Positions 52,499-64,000 of a stretch of 64,000 nt of DNA are shown one piece after another. Position 1 is the stretch's first letter. Every line of letters begins with the position of its first letter. The stretch spans positions 207,824,001 to 207,888,000 of the forward strand of contig NC_042998.1 of the NCBI RefSeq assembly GCF_006345805.1, given 5' to 3'. The position numbers were made by a program, and so were the translations under genes. Under the pieces are notes generated by a model that had not been told where the DNA came from, searched no databases, and worked only from the letters and a program-made list of their open reading frames with translations. Source of the DNA: Octopus sinensis. Lineage: Eukaryota.

Positions 52499-52780
52499 GT
52501 GGAGGCACATGGCCTAGTGGTTATAGCAGCGGACTCGCGGTCGTGGGATCGCGGGTTCGAATCTCAGGCCGGGCGATGTGTGTGTTTATGAGCGAAACAC
52601 CTAAGCTTCTGCTGACTCTCGCCCCAACTTTCTTTCACTCTTTCCTCCAGCATCTTGCAGCTCACCTGCGACGGACCGGCATCCCGTCCAGGTGGGGAAC
52701 CTACACATCAAGGAAGCCGGGAAACCGGCCATTATGAGCCAGGCATGGCTCGAGAAGGAACAAATACAGCGCTTGAGCTT
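52499..52780 (+). mobile_element. SINE with family 1-like head and a V-SINE-like central segment
   Basis: GTGGAGGCACATGGCCTAGTGG...GGTTCGAATCTC...TGCGACGGACCGGCATCCCGTCCAGG. The V-domain resemblance is from memory. Confidence 0.7.
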
Positions 52781-53476
52781 CGGGCGGCACCTAACCAGAC
52801 TGTGGGATGCAGGCATTTCAAAGTGGTTATCTCTGTCTTATGAAGAATATCTGCTTGCACGGAAAGTGATGGATTAACAGGACTAGTTTTTTCGAACCGG
52901 GTCTTGGGATATGATCAATAACTGTGTAGACCTAACTAACCACTTACGGAGGTACTACATAGAGCCCTACTATGGCTAAAAGGTTTCAAGAAATTGGCCA
53001 TCCGGGTTTGTATATTTAACAAGCTTCTGGTAGGTAGCTCCATTGTTAAATTACTAGTCTTTTAGCAACGTTTAGTTTTATTGTTAGGCCACAAAACTAA
53101 AACATGTGATTAGAGCCCCAGAATTGTTTGGTGACTCGAGGCACGTTATAAAAACCTGCTCAACCACGTGCCTTAACTGCAAGGAATTATTAGTAGCTCT
53201 TATTTTAATACAGTGTACACTAAATGATATATATATATATATATATATATATTCTTTTATTATTTTATTCTTTTCTTTTTTCAGTCACCTGACTGCGGCT
53301 ATGCTGGAGCACCGGTTTCAAGGGTTTTAGTCGAACAAATCGACCGCTAAGTTACAGGGACGTAAACACACCAATACCAGTTGTCAAGCAGTGATGGGAG
53401 AGAAACAGGCACAAAGATACACACACACTCACACACGCATACGCACCTGTATACATACATACATATATACACACAT

Positions 53477-53507
<31 letters not shown>

Positions 53508-53647
53508 TACGAGAGGCAACGGTATCTAGAAAACCTAAATTGTGTCAGGTATATATCTTATTTCTACTTTCATTCTCTTATTTCCTTCTATATTCCCTAT
53601 CTCCTTCTTTTCCGTAATCATTGGAACTCAAAAATGTTCTCATGCCG

Positions 53648-53693
53648 TCTCTGATGAAGGGATATTCATAATATCCCAGAAACGGCTGTAAGA
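53648..53693 (+). ncRNA. Minimal hammerhead ribozyme-like motif
   Basis: TCT CTGATGA A GGGATATT cat AATATCCC A GAAA C ggct G T A AGA; 8-bp stem II, GUA triplet. Confidence 0.5.
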
Positions 53694-53813
53694 ATAATTC
53701 CTTATAAATGTCCTGAAAACTCCTCACGGCCTAGGATTTGTTATCTCATTCTATTTAAGATCGTTAGCCACTAAATCTTTTTCTTTTTCTTTCCCTGTTT
53801 ATTTCTGTGTTCC

Positions 53814-53847
53814 TTTCTGTCGAAGAGCGTAGGCTCGAAACGTAAAA
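53814..53847 (+). ncRNA. Hammerhead-like variant in family P1 (CTGTCGA core)
   Basis: TTT CTGTCGA A GAGC gtag GCTC GAAA CGT A AAA. Confidence 0.3.
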
Positions 53848-54232
53848 AGACTTTCTCACTTCCCGAGCGTTAAACTAATACATCTGTTTGTTATTTATAC
53901 ATACATCTTCGTCTTTTGTTTGTTTGTAAATTCTCACAATATGTTTCTGGGGGTTTAGTGGTCTTTAGGGAAGAATTTTTCAAGAAGACAGAGGCTGGTG
54001 GTATCCGATGATGGAATCAAGTTACAAGCATTATTTTGGACCTCCAAACCCACCAAAACAGCGGTTGCACTCGTAAAACTCCTACTCAACACCTTTAATT
54101 CCTGGTATTATTTCTATCCTTTGTAAGTCAGAGTTCCCTTATATGTATACATACATTTTTTCTATTAAATGTGTTTCATATTTCTGCATATCGACTTGCC
54201 TAACTCGCTTTCCTTAAATTTACTCCTATATG

Positions 54233-54908
54233 CAGGGGTTGGACAAAATGGAAACACCTTAGAATTTCTAACGGATTTATTTTAATATGGGGTAGGACCG
54301 TATTTGGCAGTAGTTACAGCTTGAGTTCTACGAGGTACGGACTCGTACAAAGTTGAATTGTTTCCAAGGAAGTTTTGTCCATTCTTCAGCTAAAATAGTC
54401 TCCAGTTCTTGTAGTGATGCTGGTGGAGGATATCAACTCCTTAATTGATTTTCTAAAATGCACCATAAACGTTCAATAATATTGAGATCTGGGGACTGTG
54501 GTGGCCAGATAAGATTTCGAACTTCACTAGAATATTCTTCGTGCCATTCAGTAACAACTTTAGCTGTGAGAATTGGTGCGTTATCATCCTGAAAGATAGC
54601 ATTTCCCTACGGAAACAGTTCCGCAACCATAGGTTGTATTTGGTTAGATAAAATGCTTAAGTTATCTTGACTATTAATTCTGCCATTGTGCCGGTGGATT
54701 TCCAAGATATAACCCCCCCCCAGATCATCATAGATCCTCCTCCATGTTTAACAGTTGGAAGAAGGCAGTCTGGGTGAAATGTTTCTTTTGGCTATCTCCA
54801 CAGGTATACTCGGCCAGTGGTCGGAGATAAGGTAAAGGATGATTGTCCGAGAAAATGACATTCCTCCACTGCTCTAGGGATCGATTTTTACTCCACTCTA
54901 AATACTTT
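54233..54908 (-). mobile_element. Tc1-like (DD34E) transposase 3' half with right TIR
   Basis: WRNVIFSD...PTVKHGGGSMMIWG...FQDDNAPIH...WPPQSPDLNIIE.LW; TIR CAGGGGTTGGACAAAA. Confidence 0.9.
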
Positions 54909-54967
54909 GCAATTTCCGGGTTATTTCCCTTCATCAGCACAGAACAATTATCTTGCCGAACAATTAT

Positions 54968-55012
54968 TCTGTGCTGATGAAGGGAAATAACCCGGAAATC
55001 GCGATACACAGA
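54968..55012 (+). ncRNA. Minimal type I hammerhead ribozyme (best copy in the window)
   Basis: TCTGTG CTGATGA A GGG aaataa CCC G GAA ATCGCGAT A CACAGA: 6-bp stem I, perfect 8-nt palindromic stem III, AUA triplet. Confidence 0.65.
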
Positions 55013-55417
55013 TATTGTTTTTGAGCTGAGTGGGGTGTGGGGTCTGTGTGCTAGATTCTCTTGTTTGAAAATATAAGGACACGGATCGCGTTGTGTAGCC
55101 AGCTGGAGACGATGTCTCCTGGGGCTAAATTACAGCAACATTCGTCCTAAACAAGGCAAATAATCTTTACTACAGTCAAGTACTGTAGTGGGTGTAATCG
55201 ACTACTCTCTTCTCCCAAAATTCCAGAGCTTGTTCGTATAGCATGGCTTACTGGTTAGGGTGTTGCTCTCTCGATCGCACGATCATGGTTTCAGTTCCTA
55301 GACAGGATGGTGCGTTGCGTTCTTGAGCAAGGCATTTCATCTCACCTTGCTTTACGATCACTTCAACACCTGACGTGAGGTACATTGAATATATATTTTC
55401 ATGTGTGCGAGTACACT

Positions 55418-55451
<34 letters not shown>

Positions 55452-55965
55452 CTAGCAGTATCGCCCGGTGTTGCTCGGGTTTGTAAGGGAAATAACTATA
55501 TAAGCATTTTTAGAGAGTTACTTCCTTTATAGATGCCAATTCGGGCTTTCTTAGCCATTTCTGTTTTGGTGTCTTCAAGCCATGAAGTCGTTGTCCTAAA
55601 AGAACGCTGGTCTCCTTGACAACGCATTACGACGTTGATTTCCTTACACTGCCTTCCCCACAGCTTCACGAGGGAGGGAAGAAGGGGGAGAAGCAAACAC
55701 AGGTGCAGGTGTTTGAGCGTGGACGCCAACTCCGCCGCCATCGACACACGAAAAATTATGCATTAAAATGGAATAAAAAATGATGTTAAATTATTTTTAA
55801 AATCGTAGACTCATCGTAGACGCGCGCTAATAGCCAGACGGGCTTGATATGAATCATGACTATAAGATACCCGAATTTGGTTAAACTGCACCGCAAAATG
55901 TGGGAGGAGTTAGGAATCTAAATCGAAGGGGACAGACACTCACACACTACAGTTTTATATATATA
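55452..55965 (-). mobile_element. Non-autonomous Helitron
   Basis: Minus-strand 3' end CCCGAGCAACACCGGG hairpin, short spacer, CTAG then T; 5' end TATATATAAAACTG lost in (TA)n; no TSD. Confidence 0.75.
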
Positions 55966-56059
55966 TATATGTGTTCGCTTTTAAAACGCTCTGGCGGCTT
56001 TGAACGTGAATACGCTAATTGTAAAGTGTTTCGTGATTGGAGAACAATTTCTTACTTTC

Positions 56060-56160
56060 AATGACTGATACACTCACTGATATTGCAGAAAGCTCGATAG
56101 TTTGTAATAAACTTGACGTATACAATTGAAACAGCATTAAATTAAAATATCCACCTAAAT
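56060..56160 (+). repeat. Dispersed repeat, homologous to 49755-49835
   Basis: Shared CACTGATATTG...CAATTGAAACAGCATTAAATTAAAATA. Confidence 0.75.
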
Positions 56161-56443
56161 GTGTATAGGCAGATTATGTCGTACAGCGTAGCCTTGAAAC
56201 AAAATACTGTCAACGCTAACGATGTAGTTATATAATTAAACAGAGATGTATGAATATAATTCATTGCCTATGTTCCGTGTGAATATCATCTGATATCAAT
56301 GTATGGTAGGATAGTAGCGAGAGCCAGATATTTATGAGGAGGCTACATAGTTCGATAAAATGTACTCCAATTCTTAAATCACAGAAAAGACTGGAATAGA
56401 ATTCAATAGAGAACACTGTGTATATAGAAGAACTAAATGCTTC

Positions 56444-56501
<58 letters not shown>

Positions 56502-56519
56502 TATATATATATACGCTTT

Positions 56520-56758
56520 ACTCTTTCACTTGTTTCAGTCATGTGACTGGGGCCATGCTGGAGCACCGCCTTTAGTCGAGCAAATCGACCCCAGGACTTA
56601 TTCTTTGTAAGCCTAGTACTTATTCAATCGGATTTCTTTTGCCGAACCGCTAAGTTACGGGGACGTAAACACACCAGCCTCAGTTGTCAAACATACACAC
56701 ACACATACATACATACATACATACATACATACATACATACATACATACATACATACAT

Positions 56759-56813
<55 letters not shown>

Positions 56814-56945
56814 TATATACGACAGGCTTCTTTCAGTTTCCGTCTACCAAATCCACTCACAAGGTTTTGCTCGTCTCGAACCCGGAACTGAACCCGGAAC
56901 CATATGGTTGGGAAGCAAGCTACTTACTACACAACCACTTCTACA
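56520..56945 (-). mobile_element. SINE family 3
   Basis: Family 3 structure on the minus strand. Confidence 0.85.
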
Positions 56946-57505
56946 CATAGATATATCCCTATACATCCCATCGTACCCCACCCCAGCCTTGCTTCCCCCA
57001 CTTTCCCTCCCCCCACACTCACACACCACCACACAACACACCACCACACAACACACCACCATAGCATACCATACCACACCACACCAAATCACACCACCCC
57101 GCACACATTTGCACTAACCACTTCCCAGCACCTACACCATCATCCACACACCTACACATGCACACACGCATACGTTAATGTCACCAGCTCCCTTCCACAC
57201 GCACATATACGCTCTCACATACACACGCATGCGCACCTTTATTTTGGGATCACCACAACTTTATTATCTCCCCTTCTTCCTAGATTTCCTGTATGACCCC
57301 CTCTGTCCATCATTCGCCATGATAGATCGCTAGCCACTAAACCTTTTTCTATTTTCTCTCCCTGTTTATTTCTGTGTTCCTTTTTGTCGAAGGGCGCAGA
57401 CTCGAAACTTAAAGAGACTTTCTCACTTCCCGAGCATTAAACTAATACATCTGTTTGTTATTTACACACCCGTCGTCGTCTTTTGTTTCTTTCGTAAATT
57501 CTCAC

Positions 57506-58007
<502 letters not shown>

Positions 58008-58518
58008 GAAAGGTTTAGTCCACTTTGAACTTTTAAAACCAAACCAAGCGATAGCAAAGGAGATCTACTGCAAGCAGCTTGAGCGGCTAAGGTCAGAGCT
58101 AGAAGAAAAATGGCCATCTTTTGTTTAAAGATGAAAGGTGTTCTTCCATCAGGATAACGCTTGACCACATACAGAGAGGATGACATTCCGAAGGCTGGAA
58201 CAGTTTGAATGGGAAACGATGCTCCACCCACCATATTCACCGGACATTACCGCATTTGATTATTATTTATTCCACAATCTTCAAAATCATTTGGACGGAA
58301 AAAATATGAATTCTGTAGACAAGTTCAGAATATTACTTGAGGAATATTTTTCGTCATGGACAAATGAATTTTGGAAGAGGGGCCTTGCAAGTCGACCAGA
58401 GAGATGGAAGAGCATTGCAGAAAATGAAGGAGAGTATAAGATTAAGAAAGATATTCGTTTATCTTAATTTTGAAAATTATAAGATGTAAAAAAAAACCGC
58501 ATTATTTATGAGATGAAC

Positions 58519-58521
<3 letters not shown>
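58008..58521 (+). mobile_element. Mariner transposase 3' half
   Basis: KGLVHFELLKPNQ...FHQDNA.PH...WETMLHPPYSPDI..FDYYLF; ends in a TIR-like CGCATTATTTATGAGATGAACCTA. Confidence 0.88.
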
Positions 58522-58583
<62 letters not shown>

Positions 58584-58587
<4 letters not shown>

Positions 58588-58812
58588 CAATTAAGGGTTT
58601 AGCAACGAATTGCCTCACCACACACCGAATTTAGAAATAGCAGTCAAAGAGTTATAGCTATTCTTTCTACTAAAAGGGAGATCTCAGTAAAAACACAGCT
58701 GTGTTTTTACTGAGATCTCCCTTTTAGTAGAAAGAATAGCTATACTCTTTGACTGCTATTTCTAAATTCGGTGTGTGGTGAGGCAATTCGTTGCTAAACC
58801 CTTAATTGCTTA
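58584..58812. repeat. 229-bp palindrome with no spacer
   Basis: Arms of 115 and 114 bp, identical except one T indel; centred on ACAG|CTGT. Confidence 0.95.
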
Positions 58813-59163
58813 GTATTACTTAAATTTTCCTCGAATGAGGCTTTTACATGCCGAAATCTACTTGGTGTAATTAATAATTATTCCAAATTAATTAATTTCA
58901 CCCTTTATTGTTACTGATATATATATATATATATATATATATTTCAATTTTCCTGTAACAAGTGGATTATAAGTGGATAAATCAGTGTATTTGGCTTTAG
59001 AATAAGCTTCTTTAGTCCTTAATTATATATATATATATATTGGCCTGCTCGCTTAGTCAGCGGGGTGGCGTCATTCGAAGGCTAAAACAATGCGAACGCA
59101 TTGTGACCAGCGATGTGTAACAACATCTGATGGTCTGGTCGGTCACGTGATCACGTAATATAT

Positions 59164-59206
<43 letters not shown>

Positions 59207-60038
59207 ATATATATATATCCCTATAAGTTAGGATTAATATTCCCTCAAATAAATATTATATATATATATATTTATATCTGTATGTATACATGTATATTGT
59301 TATAGACTATAAGAAGCAGGCAAACATGACATTTAGCGGGAAATACGTAAAACTTGGTCGGAGCGGTCGAGTCCCGTGTCAACATCATTGGAAGGCGACA
59401 TTGGTATGGCCGTTGAGGACTGACTTATGTATGGCAATAGAAGAAGGTGGCGGCGGCGGGGTGGGGGGGCAAGACAAAGGGAGAGGAGAAGTGGGAGGAA
59501 ACATGGAATGAAGAAACGAAGTTAAAGGGAAAAGATAAGGGAGAAAGAAAAGGCTTTGTAAGAAGAAGGAGATAAGTGACATAGGTATAGATAGATACAC
59601 GGTGGACGTGTACGTATGTGTGTGTGTGAATGTGGGAGTCTATAAATATGTATTTATATATGTGTATATGTGTGCGTGTGTACAAGTATGTGTGTGCTTG
59701 TGTATGCTTTACGCGGATCTGAAAGGTTACCAAGCAACCAAGGAATGAAGTCCTTTTCTTATTTTTAATCTTTAACCCCCCCACCCCCACTCGCACGTGT
59801 ATAAATATACACCTACATGTATTTATATATTTACATAAAGCCAGGCCATGAATGTCTACATGTACATACACATACATATATACACATATGCATATATACA
59901 TATATGCATATATACATATACATACATATTCCACACATATATATGTATATGTATGCTGTATATATATGTATATGTATGTTGTATTATATATATATATATG
60001 TATGTTGTATATATATATATATGTATGTATATATATAA

Positions 60039-60091
<53 letters not shown>

Positions 60092-60110
60092 TATGTTCTA
60101 TTTTATTAAC

Positions 60111-60151
<41 letters not shown>

Positions 60152-60599
60152 ATATATATATATGTATGTAGTTGTATATATGCTTATATATATATATATA
60201 TTATATATATATATATTATATATATATATATATATATAAGCATATATATGCACGATACGTACACGCATAAAGACATAAACATGTGTGTGTGTGTGTGTGT
60301 GTGTAAACAATCAAGTGTTCTTTAAACATATTTAACGTATTGTAAAACCTCCAGAACAATCACAGTTTGTCACCGTCTCTCCCCCCTCCCCACTCCCCGC
60401 CCTTATTCGCCACATTAACATCCGCCACATTATTAGACCTTCTATGGCCGACGACACACTGCTCTCCCTGCATTAATCCCCGGCATTAAACCCGTTGCTA
60501 CCACACGTACTAATACTATCATTAACACCGCCACCACGACCGTCGTCACCACCACCATCACCCCACCACCACTACTACTACTACTACTTCTAATACTAC

Positions 60600-60780
60600 T
60601 GACCAAAGAGGGGGCAGTCGGGAGGTGCGAGCTCTGAACTCTATGCAAGGTGTTGCAGGAACTCGAAACCCAATTTTTCAATGGCTGGGATGGCGTCGAC
60701 CGTTGTAATGTGGACGTGCAATGTCATGCAACGACAACGGACTTAGTTTGATGTGAATTGTTATGTTTTAGATTCTTGTT
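60600..60780 (-). mobile_element. Old mariner fragment
   Basis: LLHDIARPH and IEKLGFEFLQHLA*SSELAPPDCPLFG. Confidence 0.6.
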
Positions 60781-61144
60781 CAGTAGTCTACAAGTGATGA
60801 CTGTAGACCCCTTTTCCAGGTAATCTTCCAGTATAGGCCCTTTTGCAGCTAGAAAAACAATTTTTAAAAAAATGAAGTTAGCGTAGCGTTATCTACTGAA
60901 GGTTGAGGCTTGGATTTCGTTTTCGCTGGCGATTCCGGACGTTTTCTCTCCATACCTTTTGGATTCTGGCTAAAAGTAATGGACCAAAGTCTCATCTCCT
61001 GTGTCTATTTTCTAAAAAAGGGCTTTGCCTTCATCGTGAATGCACATTAAGTTATAATGTCCTCGTTCACTTCTGTTGTTTATAGCAGTTCTTGGAAGTA
61101 AAGTGTGTAGAGTTTGGTCGTCTCAAGAAGAAGAAGAAGAAGAA

Positions 61145-61513
61145 GAAGAAGATCAGGTTTAAACTGTGCAGGATCTCCTTGATTGTGTGGAGGAAGATGA
61201 AAACTATTTGAAAATGGTCAAAGTGGGTGAGGAATCGTTGGTTTGTGGCTATGATCCCCAAAACAAGGCTTAGTCTTCAGAATGGAAGACTCCATCAAGA
61301 TTTCAAGATGGTAAGCAGACTCAAGAGAATGCAACGAGGCAGCAGCTGCTAGCTGTCCCCAAAAAAGGGAGTTCCAGGAATGCTTCCATCAACAGAAACG
61401 ACTCTGGGTAAATTGTGTGACTTGAGAAGGGGACAACTTCAAAGGGGATTAATATGTGTTGGAGTTTTCCTTTTATAGCATCAGTCTCGGTACTTTTCGA
61501 CCAGACTTCGTAT
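61145..61513 (+). mobile_element. Internally deleted mariner with 3' TIR
   Basis: VKVGEESLVCGYDPQNKA*SSEWKTPS joined to FQECFHQQKRLWVNCV..EGDNFKGD*; TIR CAGTCTCGGTACTTTTCGACCAGACTTCGTA. Confidence 0.75.
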
Positions 61514-61984
61514 ACAACAAATGAAGATGAATAGGTATTCATGTTCCTTTCTTATATTTCTTCGCCGCGTGACATGCGCAGCTTCTGTTGTTGCAGAGAT
61601 TGCAGTTGCAGAGATGACTTAACATCATTAGACAAGTCATGCTTGCGTCATTTATTCTATTGACTGAATGATGAACTAGGAACGTTCTCCGTATTCCTAT
61701 TTAGCACCCTGCCAGACAAATATATGCTGGAGGCATGATAACCACAATATTTAAGATCCAAACTAATTGATATATAACAGGCATAAATATAATTATTTTT
61801 ATGTTACCGTATCATACAAAACATGGCTGTAAATGCTAATATCCCGACAAGCTACTTTAAGATACAATGATTTACACATGGTGTTTTTTGGACATTAAAA
61901 AAATAGCAGACATTATCCTCTGATGGGGGACAATTGCCCCTGCCCCCCGAGCGTATTTGGGATAATAATTTCCAATCAATTACT

Positions 61985-62212
61985 ATTCTGTTTATTTAAA
62001 ATATTGATTTCAAATTTTGGCACAAGACTAACAGTTTTGCGGGTCGGGATAAGTCGATTACATCGACTAAGTGTTCAATTAGTACTTATTTTATTAACTA
62101 CGAATGGATTATAGAGTAAGTTGACCTCGGCGGCGTTTGAACTCAGAACGTAAAACAGACGCAATGCCGCTAAGCATTTTGCCCGGTGTGTTAACGATTC
62201 TGCCATCTCGTC
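61985..62212 (-). mobile_element. SINE family 2, diverged
   Basis: GACCTCGGCGGCGTTTGAACTCAGAACG...GCTAAGCATTTTGCCCGG. Confidence 0.75.
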
Positions 62213-62339
62213 AAATTACACTATAGTGTTTTTCATATCAGCTGCAATCCCCACAACAAAGATTTTCAAAGTATATTTATCTATGTAATGAAAATGTCTG
62301 GTATTTAGAATAACACCGGAAATATAAATCGAGCGATTT

Positions 62340-62790
62340 CATTGCATGAGTTCATAAAAGGAAAGAAAGCAAGAACAGGTGACAGAATTAACAAAATGTT
62401 CGACCGGGAAACCGTCAGAGAAGGAAAAACTGGACATTGGTACCAAATATTTTATAGTGGAGACGAACACCTTGCAGATAAGGACTGTCGCTTTATTCTG
62501 CAAGGGACAACGGATAGTTGAATCCGATATTAAAGCGGACCCATGAAAAGTCTCTCGAGCATTTTCAGGGGAACTAAACGATGACCAATCAAGAGCTGCT
62601 CCACTTTTGTACCAGATTGAAAAATTGAAAATCCCGACCGTTGGGTGCTGCATAAACTAAAACAAATATTTAAAGAATATTTAGTTATCACCATTATAAT
62701 TTGCTCTGCGTTTCTTTTGCACAACAAAAGAGATGTATTTCTTATTCACAGAGCGAACAAGAAATGGATTCTAAACGACAGCTAACGGCA
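62340..62790 (+). mobile_element. Old mariner transposase N-terminal fragment
   Basis: HEFIKGKKA...WYQIFYSGDEHLAD...; RWVLHKL (WVPHEL-like); ...KWIL.D. Confidence 0.65.
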
Positions 62791-63050
62791 TTTTGTGTAA
62801 TAGCTGGGCCGAAGGAAGCACCAAAACACTTCTTTCTTTTTCTGAAGTCACTGTTTCTAGCTTACAAATCAACTTGAATGAACCTACTCCAACTTGCTTT
62901 GTTTCTGCATTAAATTTGACAGCTTAAAATAAAAAAACACACTATGCATTTGAAACCAAAACCAATAAACCGAAATTTGTGCTTCAAACGATGAGCAGAG
63001 AAAAATAAAAGATTATTAAAAATAAATGTCCACGTTTTAAAATGACAAAA

Positions 63051-63653
63051 GGCGGCGAGCTGGCAGAAATGTTAGCACGCCGGGCGAAATGCGTAGACGT
63101 ATTTCGTCTGCCGTTACGTTCTGAGTTCAAATTACGCCGAGGTCGACTTTTGCCTTTCATCCTTTCGGGGTCGATAAATTAAGTACCAGTTACGCACTGG
63201 AGTCGCTATAATCGACTAAATCCGTTTGTCTGTGCTTCTTTGTCCTCTCTGTGTTTAGCCCCTTGTGGGTAGTAAAGAAATACGTATTTCGTCTGCCGTT
63301 ACTTTCTAAGTTCAAATTCCGCCGAGGTGGACTTTGCCTTTCATCCTTTTGGGGTCGATTAAATAAGTACTAGTTACGCACTGAGGCCGATATAATCGAC
63401 TTAATCCGTTTGTCTGTGCTTCTCTGTACCCTCTGTGTTTAGTCCCTTGTGGGTAGTAAAGAAATACGTATTTCGTCTGCCGTTACGTTCTAAGTTCAAA
63501 TTCCGCCGAGGTCGACTTTGCCTTTCATCCTTTCGGGGTCGATTAAATAAGTACTAGTTACGCACTGAGGTCGATATAATCGACTTAATCCGTTTGTCTG
63601 TCATAGTTTGTCCCCCTCTGTGTTTAGCCCTTTGTGGGTAGTAAAGAAATAGG
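63051..63653 (+). mobile_element. SINE family 2, trimeric, with 15-bp TSD
   Basis: TTTAAAATGACAAAA at 63036-63050 and 63654-63668. Confidence 0.92.
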
Positions 63654-64000
63654 TTTAAAATGACAAAAATCTGCAATCATTTTTGTACCAACCTACAATA
63701 ATGTTCAGAAAAACGCCCGAGTGAAATCGAACTGCGAACTGTTCGTTATCTAGAGTAGCGTGATAACCGTTACACCAAAGAACCCCGCAGCAGACATCGT
63801 CTACTCAAATTCGCAATTCAAAAGTCTTAACCGCTTACTTTACAATCTACTAATACTGTACATATTCTTAAATTATTACTTTTGATTTATCGAGTTTTTT
63901 TTTTTTTTGTGGTGTGATGCCTCAAACGAAATCGTGGGAATTTGTTGAATTCAACACATGTAAGTCTAAATCATGCATACACATGCGTATGTGCTTGTAC

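Overview
Repeat-dominated eukaryotic DNA, AT-rich and full of (TA)n, (CA)n, (TTA)n, (TATC)n, (ACC)n and (GA)n microsatellites. The SINE repertoire looks, from memory and without a database search, like that of Octopus (coleoid cephalopod). I found no recognisable host protein-coding gene, rRNA, true tRNA or CRISPR. Most ORFs in the supplied track are microsatellite artefacts; the real coding signals are decayed transposon fragments. Contents: (1) at least four tRNA-headed SINE families, some with clear TSDs, including tandem multimers; (2) about 12 fragments of R4/Dong-like restriction-like-endonuclease (RLE) LINEs sitting in (TAA)n arrays; (3) CR1/L2-group and RTE LINE fragments; (4) Tc1, maT-like and mariner relics; (5) a non-autonomous Helitron; (6) several Penelope-like terminal repeats containing minimal hammerhead-ribozyme folds with palindromic stem III, plus fold-back palindromes; (7) minisatellites, microsatellite-bounded tandem duplications that may be assembly artefacts, and a 100-N gap. 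The most interesting signals are the hammerhead motifs, a SINE/LINE shared 3' hairpin with compensatory changes, the TAA-targeted retroelement chain, and multimeric SINEs bounded by a single TSD. A few weak candidate exons are noted at low confidence.
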